From a virus: 64,000 bases of DNA. Where the stretch lies: positions 3,779 to 67,778 of the IMG/VR virus record IMGVR_UViG_3300009431_000015. One strand, written 5' to 3'. Both the position numbers and the translations under genes were made by a program. Shown piece by piece: positions 15,918-24,656 of the stretch. The notes beneath the pieces were generated by a model. It did no database searches, was not told the origin of the DNA, and saw nothing but the letters and a program-made list of their open reading frames with translations. Positions within the stretch are counted from its first letter, which is position 1. Each line of letters opens with the position of its first letter.

Positions 15918-16832
15918 ATGGAAAATGTTTCTGCTAGTACAATTAATGAACTTTTCGTTCAGAAACTGAACTCCCCAGAAGGACTTAACAAGATAGCGCA
16001 AGAGGGATCTGCGTTTGTTCGTGTGAAACTGCGTGAAGTATCTTTCGCGAGGAAAATCGTACAACCTCAGTATGTAACGAAAGCCGACTTACAACGTTCA
16101 GTGCAACATGATGGTCTTGTAAAAATCGTGGATATCGAACCTGATAGTAAAGCCATGACAGTTAATTTCCGTGGACAACCAACTGGAAATTATATTGAAG
16201 GCGAACGCTATGAGATTCCTTTCTATATGGTGAGCTCAGAAGACTTCCAAAAAACTGAAGAAGAACTTCTTGCTTACGATATGCCTTTAACAGAGGTTAT
16301 CGAAAAGAACAGCGTTCTTGATATCCAAAAAATCGAAGATGAGTCCTTCATAGCTCAGGTAGATGCAGCTATTGTTACGTCAAGCAATACATCTGCTCAG
16401 ACCTATGAAACAGACACAAGTATCAAAAAATTAAGTTTTAAAGTCCTGTTTGATTTCTTGGACGGAAATGAACTTTGTTCAGATGTCATTCTAATGGATT
16501 CAACCATGTTTAACAGACTGTTCTTATGGGACGCCACAACTGTTGGTGATTCCATCGGATCTGAAACTGTTGTTAATGGATACACTTACTCTACGTTATT
16601 TGGTAGACGTCTAGTTGTATCTAATAAAGTTAACAACACAGCCGGAACAGCTCTGCTTGATGGTAAAATTTATGTATTTACACATCAAGATTTCATGGGA
16701 CAATTCCTGATTTTAAATGATACTAAATTCTGGATCGAAAAGAAGAAAAATATTATCAGTTTTGCAGCTTATGAAAGTATTGGTATTGGGTTTGGTAATA
16801 CAAATTCAATGGCTAATATTACATTAAGTTAA
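15918..16832 (+). CDS. Major capsid protein (HK97-fold)
   Basis: 304 aa; LREVSFARKI, IQKIEDESF, AYESIGIGFGN; AGGAG RBS; followed by a terminator. Confidence 0.8.
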   Translation: MENVSASTINELFVQKLNSPEGLNKIAQEGSAFVRVKLREVSFARKIVQPQYVTKADLQRSVQHDGLVKIVDIEPDSKAMTVNFRGQPTGNYIEGERYEIPFYMVSSEDFQKTEEELLAYDMPLTEVIEKNSVLDIQKIEDESFIAQVDAAIVTSSNTSAQTYETDTSIKKLSFKVLFDFLDGNELCSDVILMDSTMFNRLFLWDATTVGDSIGSETVVNGYTYSTLFGRRLVVSNKVNNTAGTALLDGKIYVFTHQDFMGQFLILNDTKFWIEKKKNIISFAAYESIGIGFGNTNSMANITLS

Positions 16833-16858
16833 GCATTACAGATTAAGAAATTGGAAAC

Positions 16859-16892
16859 AAACCCGGGCACAATTCGTCGTCCGGGTTTTTTT
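16859..16892 (+). terminator. Rho-independent terminator after MCP
   Basis: AAACCCGGGC-loop-GTCCGGGTTT plus T tract. Confidence 0.85.
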
Positions 16893-16917
16893 ATATAGTA
16901 AATTTTAAAGTAAGTAC

Positions 16918-16962
16918 TTGACCTGTAGCAATATCTATCTTATATTGAATAAGATAGATATT
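16918..16962 (+). promoter_or_regulatory. Sigma70-like promoter overlapped by a perfect 14-bp inverted repeat
   Basis: TTGACC-17 nt-TATATT; AATATCTATCTTAT-ATTGA-ATAAGATAGATATT at 16930-16962. Confidence 0.7.
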
Positions 16963-16980
16963 TAAATTAGGAGATAATCC

Positions 16981-17490
16981 ATGGCAGCACCATCGGCAGC
17001 AGATATAGGAGTTGCAGCAGTACCTACCGCTCATCAAATCTACGTAGATCGTTTAAGAGCGTTTCTTGGGGATACAGCCGCATTAAATGTCTTGGAAGGT
17101 ACTGAAGAAAATACAGATTTATATCTTTATCAAGCTCTCCAAGATGCAATTTGGGAAATCAATGAAGACTTTGAACCAGAAACTACTTGGAGTATTACGA
17201 CTATTCCATCATGGACTGCCCTTAAGCTTGGAGCGGCTTTACAAGTCTTAACTGGTAAAGGGATCCTTTCTGCTAGAAATACGCTCACATACAATGATGC
17301 GGGCGGGGTAACTGTTAGTAACTATGATAAATATGGACGCTATGTTAATTATTATAATATTTTAGTAAATAAATATATGCGAAGTGTAACTAGCACCAAG
17401 CGCAGATATAACATTGATCAATGCTACGGTGGTGTTGAGTCTGAATACTCTTGGGAAACAGCTGGAGCTGGGACAACTAGAGCGGAGTAA
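16981..17490 (+). CDS. Head-tail adaptor/neck protein
   Basis: VDRLRAFLGD start, YNDAGGVTV; first gene after MCP; AGGAG RBS. Confidence 0.6.
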   Translation: MAAPSAADIGVAAVPTAHQIYVDRLRAFLGDTAALNVLEGTEENTDLYLYQALQDAIWEINEDFEPETTWSITTIPSWTALKLGAALQVLTGKGILSARNTLTYNDAGGVTVSNYDKYGRYVNYYNILVNKYMRSVTSTKRRYNIDQCYGGVESEYSWETAGAGTTRAE

Positions 17491-17497
17491 CTAAATA

Positions 17498-18307
17498 ATG
17501 TTAGTACTAGATACATTAGATGTTTCAGCATTCAATATCCAGGATCCGGCGCTTACATGGACATTTGAAGCAACAGATGAAGCTTTGAGTGGATATTCAC
17601 TTTCGGTTTATCGTTCTGAGTCTCCTGATGATACGCCTGATGATCTCTCAGCTTATGATCTCATAGCATCTGGGGTTTCTCCGGATGATTACGCTTATAC
17701 GGATACAACTCAATCTGGTCTTTATCACCACAACCGTACATGGTTCTATCGTCTACTAATTTCCGGTATTGGTACAGCCAACACCAGTATTGCGCCGGTT
17801 ACTCCGGCTTACAATAACGATACATCAACTTTTTCTGTCTGGAGAGAAATTCTTCGTAGAAAGCAATTGGTGTTGGAGCGTACAGATGATCTGTATGCAT
17901 ACATTGATTTACATTTAATTAAGAGAAGAACCTGGGGAACTCATTGTACCCTTTGCTGGGATACAACTCTAAATCGTGCTACCGATGGAGACTGTTCCGA
18001 ATGTTATGGAACCGGGTGGACTAGTGGGTATTTTAACGCAATTTCTTTCAAAGGGATGGTCACATCTTCTCCTAAGATGAATCAAATAAATATGTTTGGC
18101 GAATGGATGCCTAGCGATGTGTTACTTTATATGTTGAATTTTCCACCATTACATTCTAAGGACATCGTAGTAGCTGGCACTGGTGATCGTTACGTAGTGG
18201 TTGGTTCTCCACGTCAAATTCGTGTAAAAAATATTATCATCGAGCAACAAGCTCAGCTAGCGCTTATCCATGCCGATGATCCAACTTATGCAGTTACAAC
18301 AACTTAA
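17498..18307 (+). CDS. Neck/head-closure protein with Fn3-like N-terminus and Zn finger
   Basis: LTW...VYRS...YTD...WFYRL; CTLCWD...CSECYGTGW. Confidence 0.6.
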   Translation: MLVLDTLDVSAFNIQDPALTWTFEATDEALSGYSLSVYRSESPDDTPDDLSAYDLIASGVSPDDYAYTDTTQSGLYHHNRTWFYRLLISGIGTANTSIAPVTPAYNNDTSTFSVWREILRRKQLVLERTDDLYAYIDLHLIKRRTWGTHCTLCWDTTLNRATDGDCSECYGTGWTSGYFNAISFKGMVTSSPKMNQINMFGEWMPSDVLLYMLNFPPLHSKDIVVAGTGDRYVVVGSPRQIRVKNIIIEQQAQLALIHADDPTYAVTTT

Positions 18308-18334
18308 ACAATAAGGCAATAGAGGTAAAAAATT

Positions 18335-18652
18335 ATGAGTATGTTACAAAATCTTGCACAAGTAGATAACGTTGAACATTTGTCTTTAGCAACTAGTGGA
18401 GCAGCTGCTGCTCAGGGAAGCTTTAGTACATTAACAGCTGCGAAAATTAGAGACGTTCTTATCCAGAACACTTCTTCATCAGCTTGCTATGTCACCTGGG
18501 GAACAAGCGCAGTAACGGCTAGCAGTTCCTCAGCTTATCTTGCGGCTAACGCTAATATTTCAATAGCTAATTGTGCTTATACGTATTTCTCAGTTATTAG
18601 AATCTCATCAGATGTTAATCTAAGAATAACTGGTAATGGGAGGACTCGTTAA
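18335..18652 (+). CDS. Small beta-rich virion protein
   Basis: 105 aa, LIQNTSSSACYVTWG; GAGG RBS. Confidence 0.55.
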   Translation: MSMLQNLAQVDNVEHLSLATSGAAAAQGSFSTLTAAKIRDVLIQNTSSSACYVTWGTSAVTASSSSAYLAANANISIANCAYTYFSVIRISSDVNLRITGNGRTR

Positions 18653-19014
18653 TGGGCTTCAATAATGGACTAATTGTAGAGCTTCCTGGAACTACTTCAG
18701 GGGGAGGGGAATGGAATGGGGATACAACACTTAATACATTTACTGACGGAGATACAACACCGGATGTAACTTCTGGTATGGTATTTGTTACGGCCAATAC
18801 ATCAACCACAGTTATTACTAATCTTGACCATGATGACAGTACTAAACAGATTACGATTTTAATAGGAGACGATTATACGTCTTTTGCACATGATACAGCA
18901 AAACTTTGGTTAGAAGATACGCCCAACCTCTCCACACAGTCTGGAGATACACTTAAATTTTTATTTGATGGAACACGTTGGAGACTTACTGATATATCAC
19001 TAGTTTACCATTAA
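18652..19014 (+). CDS. Virion protein (fibre/appendage-like)
   Basis: 120 aa, DGDTTPDV, GDTLKFLFDGTRW; TAATG overlap. Confidence 0.55.
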   Translation: MGFNNGLIVELPGTTSGGGEWNGDTTLNTFTDGDTTPDVTSGMVFVTANTSTTVITNLDHDDSTKQITILIGDDYTSFAHDTAKLWLEDTPNLSTQSGDTLKFLFDGTRWRLTDISLVYH

Positions 19015-19080
19015 AATAGAGGAATAAATAGAGGAATAAATAAATGAAAAAAATAGAGGAATAAATAAATGAAAAAAATA
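19014..19080 (+). repeat. Duplicated RBS/start region
   Basis: AAATAGAGGAAT x3; ATAGAGGAATAAATAAATGAAAAAA x2. Confidence 0.85.
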
Positions 19081-19953
19081 TTATATAGTATATTATTTAT
19101 ATTACTATTAACTGTTAATGCATTTCCTCAAAGATCCTTTGAAGATGTAGTAGTAAGAGATGACTTAACAGTTAGTGGGACAGCAACAATCGGTGATGGA
19201 ACCGATACCAATCAAAATGTGTTTGAGTTTGATTTTGGTGCAAACCATCAAATACAATTAGGTTATAAAACCGATTTATTTAGTCCTGCGCTTGAAGGGT
19301 TATTAGTGGATGGGATGATATGGGGTGGTAATGGCATAGGGCATTTAGAGTATATAATGGAAGAAGGTTATTCACATTATTTTCATACATTTAGCACGAG
19401 AGATAAGAACGCTAATGTTTATTCTATTTTATTACACAACTATGATGACACTTTGGTTAATGCGAGTTTTTGGCGGTTTTTAAGTGAGGCTAATGGTGGT
19501 AGTGGTGATGATCATGATTTAGTAATTTCCAATTTTGCAGGTCCTGGTGTAGGTGGTTGGAACAGGGAAATAATAAGAGTAACACAAGCGGGCAACGTAG
19601 GCATAGGTAGCACAGCAAGTCCAGTTTCAACATTGGATGTTAATGGCGGCGTAGCCTTAAACATAACAACTCCTGACCTTGCGGGAAATTCTTATACCGT
19701 AACATCAACCGACTATACTATCTTAATAGACGATGACGATGCTGATGTAACAGGGACGGTAGTTGTAGTACTGCCGGCAATAGCCACAAATTTAGGGCGA
19801 ATATTAAATATTAAGAAAATCGGGTCAAGTGAAACCGTTCAGCTTGATGGAAATGCAAGTGAAGAAATAGACGAGTCAGGGACTGTCAATATTACAACTC
19901 AATATGACAACCTAAAAATTCAGTGTGGTTCTGCTGGATGGTGGATTTTATAA
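19069..19953 (+). CDS. Signal-peptide-bearing protein with tail-fibre-like motifs
   Basis: MKKILYSILFILLLTVNAFPQ; GNVGIGSTASPVSTLDVNG; YTVTSTDYTILID. Confidence 0.6.
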   Translation: MKKILYSILFILLLTVNAFPQRSFEDVVVRDDLTVSGTATIGDGTDTNQNVFEFDFGANHQIQLGYKTDLFSPALEGLLVDGMIWGGNGIGHLEYIMEEGYSHYFHTFSTRDKNANVYSILLHNYDDTLVNASFWRFLSEANGGSGDDHDLVISNFAGPGVGGWNREIIRVTQAGNVGIGSTASPVSTLDVNGGVALNITTPDLAGNSYTVTSTDYTILIDDDDADVTGTVVVVLPAIATNLGRILNIKKIGSSETVQLDGNASEEIDESGTVNITTQYDNLKIQCGSAGWWIL

Positions 19954-19966
19954 AAGGAGATAAATT

Positions 19967-20617
19967 ATGACAAATTTCAGACGTATATTTAGACAAAAAA
20001 TGTTGGAAGTTATTAAATTTAGATTAAAGTTGTTGGTCGTTATTGTTACGATTATTTTATTTGTAAATTTGAATATTAATGTAGACGAGTCAATATCATC
20101 TTATCAAGGCGTTTCTATTGGTGACACTGTTTGTGTAGTCCTGGAAGCCGAGGCTTGGATAGCGGGAACTAACACACCAACGTGGGCTGCACTTGGAACT
20201 TTTACGGCAACGAAATTTTGGCAATTCGGCGCCGATGCAGATGATGATATCATCACCAGTTTTTCGATGCCAGAGTATGCTACGAGTATTGCATACTGGG
20301 AAATCGAAGCAATCGCTAATACTAACTCCGGCGATTACGATATGGAGTTTACGTGGGAAGGTTATGCTCATGATGAACCCGTTGCTGATGATCTAACCTT
20401 AGCTAACAGTGACATCATGGATGTGGACGCACCGTCAGCCAGCGGGGATAAACTCTTGCAGCGCCAGAACTTATCAGGTGGTGACCTGACATCATTATCG
20501 GCGAGTGATCTTGTCCAATGTCGCCTTAATCGTGATGCCGACGATGCTGTCAACGACGATGCAACTGGTACATTCGATTTTGTAGCATTAAAGCTTTATT
20601 TTATTAGAGGAAAATAA
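19967..20617 (+). CDS. Membrane-anchored or secreted beta-sandwich protein
   Basis: Hydrophobic LLVVIVTIILFV near N-terminus; acidic body with LNRDADDAVND; AGGAG RBS. Confidence 0.55.
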   Translation: MTNFRRIFRQKMLEVIKFRLKLLVVIVTIILFVNLNINVDESISSYQGVSIGDTVCVVLEAEAWIAGTNTPTWAALGTFTATKFWQFGADADDDIITSFSMPEYATSIAYWEIEAIANTNSGDYDMEFTWEGYAHDEPVADDLTLANSDIMDVDAPSASGDKLLQRQNLSGGDLTSLSASDLVQCRLNRDADDAVNDDATGTFDFVALKLYFIRGK

Positions 20618-20666
20618 TCACATTTTTCGAGATACGCTCTTTCTAAATAATTAATCAGGGGACATT

Positions 20667-21380
20667 ATGAAAATTAAGAAAATCATAAAAATTACTATAA
20701 TAGTACTTTTGTTTATTACAAGTTTAACCATTGCTCAAACCTATGAAGACTTTGTAACAGATTATACCGAAGTTGATCAATTGGGGGAGATCAATGTCGG
20801 TGACACTGATAATTACGACATTGTTATGACTGATTTAGGTCGTGGTTCCGTCTCTTATGTTAGAAAAAGTTTTGGAGCGGATTATTTTGGGGATTTTACC
20901 CATGAGTTTGAGGTGTTCTTTAGTGCAGATGATGCTTGTACAGTTATTGGATTCTGGGCTATAAATAATTCGTCTGATGATTTGGCTGAAATGAGTGCAG
21001 ATGATGATGGTATGTGTTTAAACTATTATGACCAATGCTCTGGAACGCCAAGATTAACTTTGGTGGATTATACTAATGACAATTTAGATCAAACAGCAGA
21101 ATCATATGCGTATTATCCTCCGAATATATATTATTTTACTATTACAAGAGACGGAACTTCATTAACTTGTGATATTTATTCAGATGCCAGTCGAGAAACG
21201 TTAATTGAACAACTGTCAATAACTTGTGGGACTGATACTTATGAATACTATTATCCAGTCATGACGCATCAAAGCGGATCAAATAATGATCGCGGCCTGA
21301 CTTATGAAATAAGAAATGCAGAACTAACAGTAGCCGGTGGGTCGACAAAGCTAATTCCATTGGCTAAAAAATATTGGTAA
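20667..21380 (+). CDS. Signal-peptide-bearing lectin/LamG-like protein
   Basis: MKIKKIIKITIIVLLFITSLTIA-Q; beta-rich, YYFTITRDGTSLTCDIY. Confidence 0.55.
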   Translation: MKIKKIIKITIIVLLFITSLTIAQTYEDFVTDYTEVDQLGEINVGDTDNYDIVMTDLGRGSVSYVRKSFGADYFGDFTHEFEVFFSADDACTVIGFWAINNSSDDLAEMSADDDGMCLNYYDQCSGTPRLTLVDYTNDNLDQTAESYAYYPPNIYYFTITRDGTSLTCDIYSDASRETLIEQLSITCGTDTYEYYYPVMTHQSGSNNDRGLTYEIRNAELTVAGGSTKLIPLAKKYW

Positions 21381-21384
21381 AAAT

Positions 21385-21957
21385 ATGGAAATTAATCACG
21401 CAGTAACCCAAACAACAGTCCAAGAAATTTTTCAATATTGCAATGGTTGTATGTTTACAAAAGAAGGAAAGCCTTGTAATGGTAAATGTCCCTTACTACA
21501 AAGACTGTTTTACGCTAAAAATAGCTCCTTGATATTAGTTATCTTAGATCTTGAGGGTAGGGTGGAGTTGATTAATGATGTCTTAAAAGATAAACTTGAT
21601 ATAAAGTACCCCCAAGATATTTTGGGCACATATTGGTTGGATAATTTTATCCCCAAGGATGAACGACAAGTTGTAATGGAAATTTTTAACGAAACAGCTT
21701 CTTCCAAAAAGTCTAATTTTATCAATCATGTACGGAATCCAAATGGACTTGTGGAGATATTAGTTGCATGGGATAATTTTTCATTCAATAATAGCATATG
21801 TTGTATTGGGATGGATATAACTAATATTGAAAAACTATCAGTTAGAACATCAGATCAAACAGATATAGAATTTATGTTTACAGGATTATCGAGAAACATA
21901 AATAGATTAAAAGATGTAAGAGAGAAGTATTCGAATAATTGTATTGAGAGTCACTAG
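21385..21957 (+). CDS. PAS-domain protein with N-terminal Cys cluster
   Basis: LVILDLEGRVELIN...DILGTYWLDNFIPKDER...NPNG...VAWDN...IGMDIT; CNGC-x8-CNGKC. Confidence 0.7.
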   Translation: MEINHAVTQTTVQEIFQYCNGCMFTKEGKPCNGKCPLLQRLFYAKNSSLILVILDLEGRVELINDVLKDKLDIKYPQDILGTYWLDNFIPKDERQVVMEIFNETASSKKSNFINHVRNPNGLVEILVAWDNFSFNNSICCIGMDITNIEKLSVRTSDQTDIEFMFTGLSRNINRLKDVREKYSNNCIESH

Positions 21958-21970
21958 CTGGAGTAACTAA

Positions 21971-22309
21971 ATGGAACTAAGTGCGGAGCAGTTAAAGGGA
22001 ATGATGGAAGCATATGCTGAAATGACAAATCAACTAGTTGAAGTTAACAGAAATCTGGTGGATATATCTGAAAAGAACACTAGTACTACAAGAGAAATAA
22101 AAGAAGTGAATAGACACTTCTCTAACGGATTTAAGAAAGAGATTTGTGATAATATCTATAAGTCTGTTGGAGCTAAAATTAGGATGTCTACTAGGATTAC
22201 AATACTTTCTATTCTAGGAATTATTTCTGGTCTTACCGCAATACTTGGTTACATAACTAATTTGGTATTTAAATATAAATTTGATGGCTTAGTTGAAGCA
22301 TTAAAATAA
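21971..22309 (+). CDS. Coiled-coil protein with C-terminal TM (holin/hemolysin-like)
   Basis: ITILSILGIISGLTAILGYI segment; GGAG RBS. Confidence 0.5.
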   Translation: MELSAEQLKGMMEAYAEMTNQLVEVNRNLVDISEKNTSTTREIKEVNRHFSNGFKKEICDNIYKSVGAKIRMSTRITILSILGIISGLTAILGYITNLVFKYKFDGLVEALK

Positions 22310-22314
22310 ACATC

Positions 22315-22343
22315 TTGACAAGTACTTATTAAACGTCTATAAT
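22315..22343 (+). promoter_or_regulatory. Consensus sigma70 promoter
   Basis: TTGACA-17 nt-TATAAT. Confidence 0.8.
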
Positions 22344-22347
22344 ATAA

Positions 22348-22515
22348 ATGGAACTTATACCAACAGAAGAACCTTTGGCAGATTTTGATCTAAAGGAAAG
22401 AATAGTTCAAAGGAGCAAAGAAAAGATAGAAGAGAGACATAATGAGTCATCAGATATCGACCAACCAAGTATAATTCCCGTTGAAGACTACCTCTTTCCT
22501 CGCTTGGAGTTATAA
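22348..22515 (+). CDS. 55-aa hypothetical protein, possibly leaderless (not in ORF track)
   Basis: MELIPTEEPLADFDLKERIVQRSKEKIEERHNESSDIDQPSIIPVEDYLFPRLEL*; fills the gap between promoter and 22519. Confidence 0.55.
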   Translation: MELIPTEEPLADFDLKERIVQRSKEKIEERHNESSDIDQPSIIPVEDYLFPRLEL

Positions 22516-22518
22516 CTT

Positions 22519-23772
22519 ATGGGTTACTATTTAAATACTGATAACATCTCCCTGGATATTAAATATATCTTTTTGCACTTTGCTCAAAACTATTTTGGAA
22601 ATCCTAGGAGTAGGTATAGCTGGTCATCTGATGTTCGTACAACCGATATAATAATAGCTGATAAATTTGCTATCGATTTGGGTGTAGCGACACAGCGGCC
22701 CAGTGTTATTCTTTCTCGTGGAGGAATGGGCTGGACTTATACGGTAAGGGGTCAGAAAGGCATTCTTAATCCGCCTGCTGAAGCCAGTTCTGTCTGGAAT
22801 TTTGGTCAACTAAACGCTGTTCCAAATGATATCGACGCGTTAAAAGGCCAACAATATACTGATTTGCTTCGCGCAAGTATCGTATACAATATAATTTCCA
22901 AACAAGGGGTCGAAGCTGATGATATAGCAAATAAACTATTTGTTGCTCTTACCGGCCATAAAGCTGATTTACGCTCTGCTGGTGTTTTTAAGATGTTATC
23001 AATGTCTATTTCAGAAGAGAGTCTTTTGCGATACAAAGGGGATGTAGAGCTTTATGGAGTAAGTCTTGGTTTATCATTTTTAACACAACCGCAACTTTTT
23101 GAGAGCAGTCGTGATCATAATCTTAGAGTTTGGGTAGACGGAGACGAGGTATATGAAAATACTCATTTCCGAGTATTGCCTTCGGGTACCCAAATAAAGT
23201 TCTTTGATGAACAAGAATCAACAGCTGTAGTAACTGCAACATTCGTAGATGCTGTGACATTGCAACTTAGAAGTTTGGTTACCCTTACTAGTTCAGATTA
23301 CATCACATATACGGTTCCAAATGGTTGGGGAATCTACGGTTATTACAAAATAGTAACTACTATTATAACGGACATGTATCCGTATTATGACGATAGGGAT
23401 GATACTACTACAGATTATTACACTGATCCAGTGTGGTCCGGAGTAACATATGCAATTGACGAAGGTCTCGCAAACGGGAGCGCTGTTGGCAATCCAGTGG
23501 TAGAATCTGGTACCTATTGGGCTAGAGTTCTTGCCGGAACATTTTCGGATGACACTGGCCAAGATAGAGATTACGTGTACACTATCACATCCGGTAATAC
23601 TCTTGATGCTTTTGCTATAAATAGCACTACCGGGGCACTCACTGTTAATGACAGCACAGCGCTTGATTATGACACTACACCAAGCTTTACACTTACACTT
23701 CATTGTGAACCAGATACTGGAGATGAAGCTGTAGAGGACTTAACAGTAATTGTAAACTTAAACGACGTGTAA
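22519..23772 (+). CDS. Tail completion/terminator-like protein with C-terminal cadherin domain
   Basis: Position before sheath; YTITSGN...FAINSTTGALTV...LDYD...FTLTL...VIVNLNDV is cadherin-like. Confidence 0.65.
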   Translation: MGYYLNTDNISLDIKYIFLHFAQNYFGNPRSRYSWSSDVRTTDIIIADKFAIDLGVATQRPSVILSRGGMGWTYTVRGQKGILNPPAEASSVWNFGQLNAVPNDIDALKGQQYTDLLRASIVYNIISKQGVEADDIANKLFVALTGHKADLRSAGVFKMLSMSISEESLLRYKGDVELYGVSLGLSFLTQPQLFESSRDHNLRVWVDGDEVYENTHFRVLPSGTQIKFFDEQESTAVVTATFVDAVTLQLRSLVTLTSSDYITYTVPNGWGIYGYYKIVTTIITDMYPYYDDRDDTTTDYYTDPVWSGVTYAIDEGLANGSAVGNPVVESGTYWARVLAGTFSDDTGQDRDYVYTITSGNTLDAFAINSTTGALTVNDSTALDYDTTPSFTLTLHCEPDTGDEAVEDLTVIVNLNDV

Positions 23773-23776
23773 AATA

Positions 23777-24604
23777 TTGATTAAATTAACGAATTATAAT
23801 AACGAAGATGAGCTACTTGAAAAGTTAGCAATAGGCCCCGCAATACCTCTATTAAGTAATCTTGCTAAATTACTTAGAGCGACCAAAACTGGAAAGATGT
23901 TTGGAGGTATTAGACAAGCTTATCGAGGCGGTGGTCTTTCTAAAGCTTTAGCCCAAACCGCTAGATACAGAGATCCACTTTCCTATTTAGCCAAACCTCT
24001 TGCTAAGACTAGAGGAGTAGTTCCTACTGGATTATACCGTGGCAGTTCTCGACTTTTTAATCCGGGTAGAACTTTTAGAACATTTTTAGGCAATATTGCT
24101 TATAGCGGCCAAGTCTTAGGCAAAGGGGTAGCTCAAAAAGGTGTACTCGCTCCATTTCAGTTAGCTAAAAATATAGGAACATTGGCTAAACAACAACTTC
24201 GGGCAGCTCCTCTTAAAAAGGTAGATTTGACTCAAACCGCTACGAGAGGCAAATGGTTCAAACAAGGTGTTATAGATGTAGGCGGGAAGAAGTATTGGAA
24301 AAGCTGGAGTCCGTGGAGTAAGCGTAAGATCGTCGGGACAACAGGGGGAGAAGGTATTATTAAAAAAAGAGCTTTAACTAGACCTTTAGCTTATGCTACC
24401 ACAGGACCAGGATTCGGAGCATTAGTGTATGCTTCAGGAGATAAAGAAAAAAGTAAAGCTCAAAGAGCTGCAGCTGGTTTAGGAGAGAGTGCTCTTTGGA
24501 CAGCAGCGCCGGGATTGGCTGGTGCTTACTATTTAGCTAAAATGCCTAAGGATATAATTGGCGCGTTTAAACCAAAAAAGATAGAAGATATTAAACCATA
24601 TTAA
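23777..24604 (+). CDS. Basic Gly/Ala-rich protein with acidic leader ending in EKLA (putative internal virion protein)
   Basis: NNEDELLEKLA followed by a K/R-rich body with hydrophobic C-terminal segments; TTG start uncertain. Confidence 0.55.
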   Translation: MIKLTNYNNEDELLEKLAIGPAIPLLSNLAKLLRATKTGKMFGGIRQAYRGGGLSKALAQTARYRDPLSYLAKPLAKTRGVVPTGLYRGSSRLFNPGRTFRTFLGNIAYSGQVLGKGVAQKGVLAPFQLAKNIGTLAKQQLRAAPLKKVDLTQTATRGKWFKQGVIDVGGKKYWKSWSPWSKRKIVGTTGGEGIIKKRALTRPLAYATTGPGFGALVYASGDKEKSKAQRAAAGLGESALWTAAPGLAGAYYLAKMPKDIIGAFKPKKIEDIKPY

Positions 24605-24656
24605 CGTATAATAATATAAATTAACACCCATGAAATAAAGTGGAGGAATAAATATA

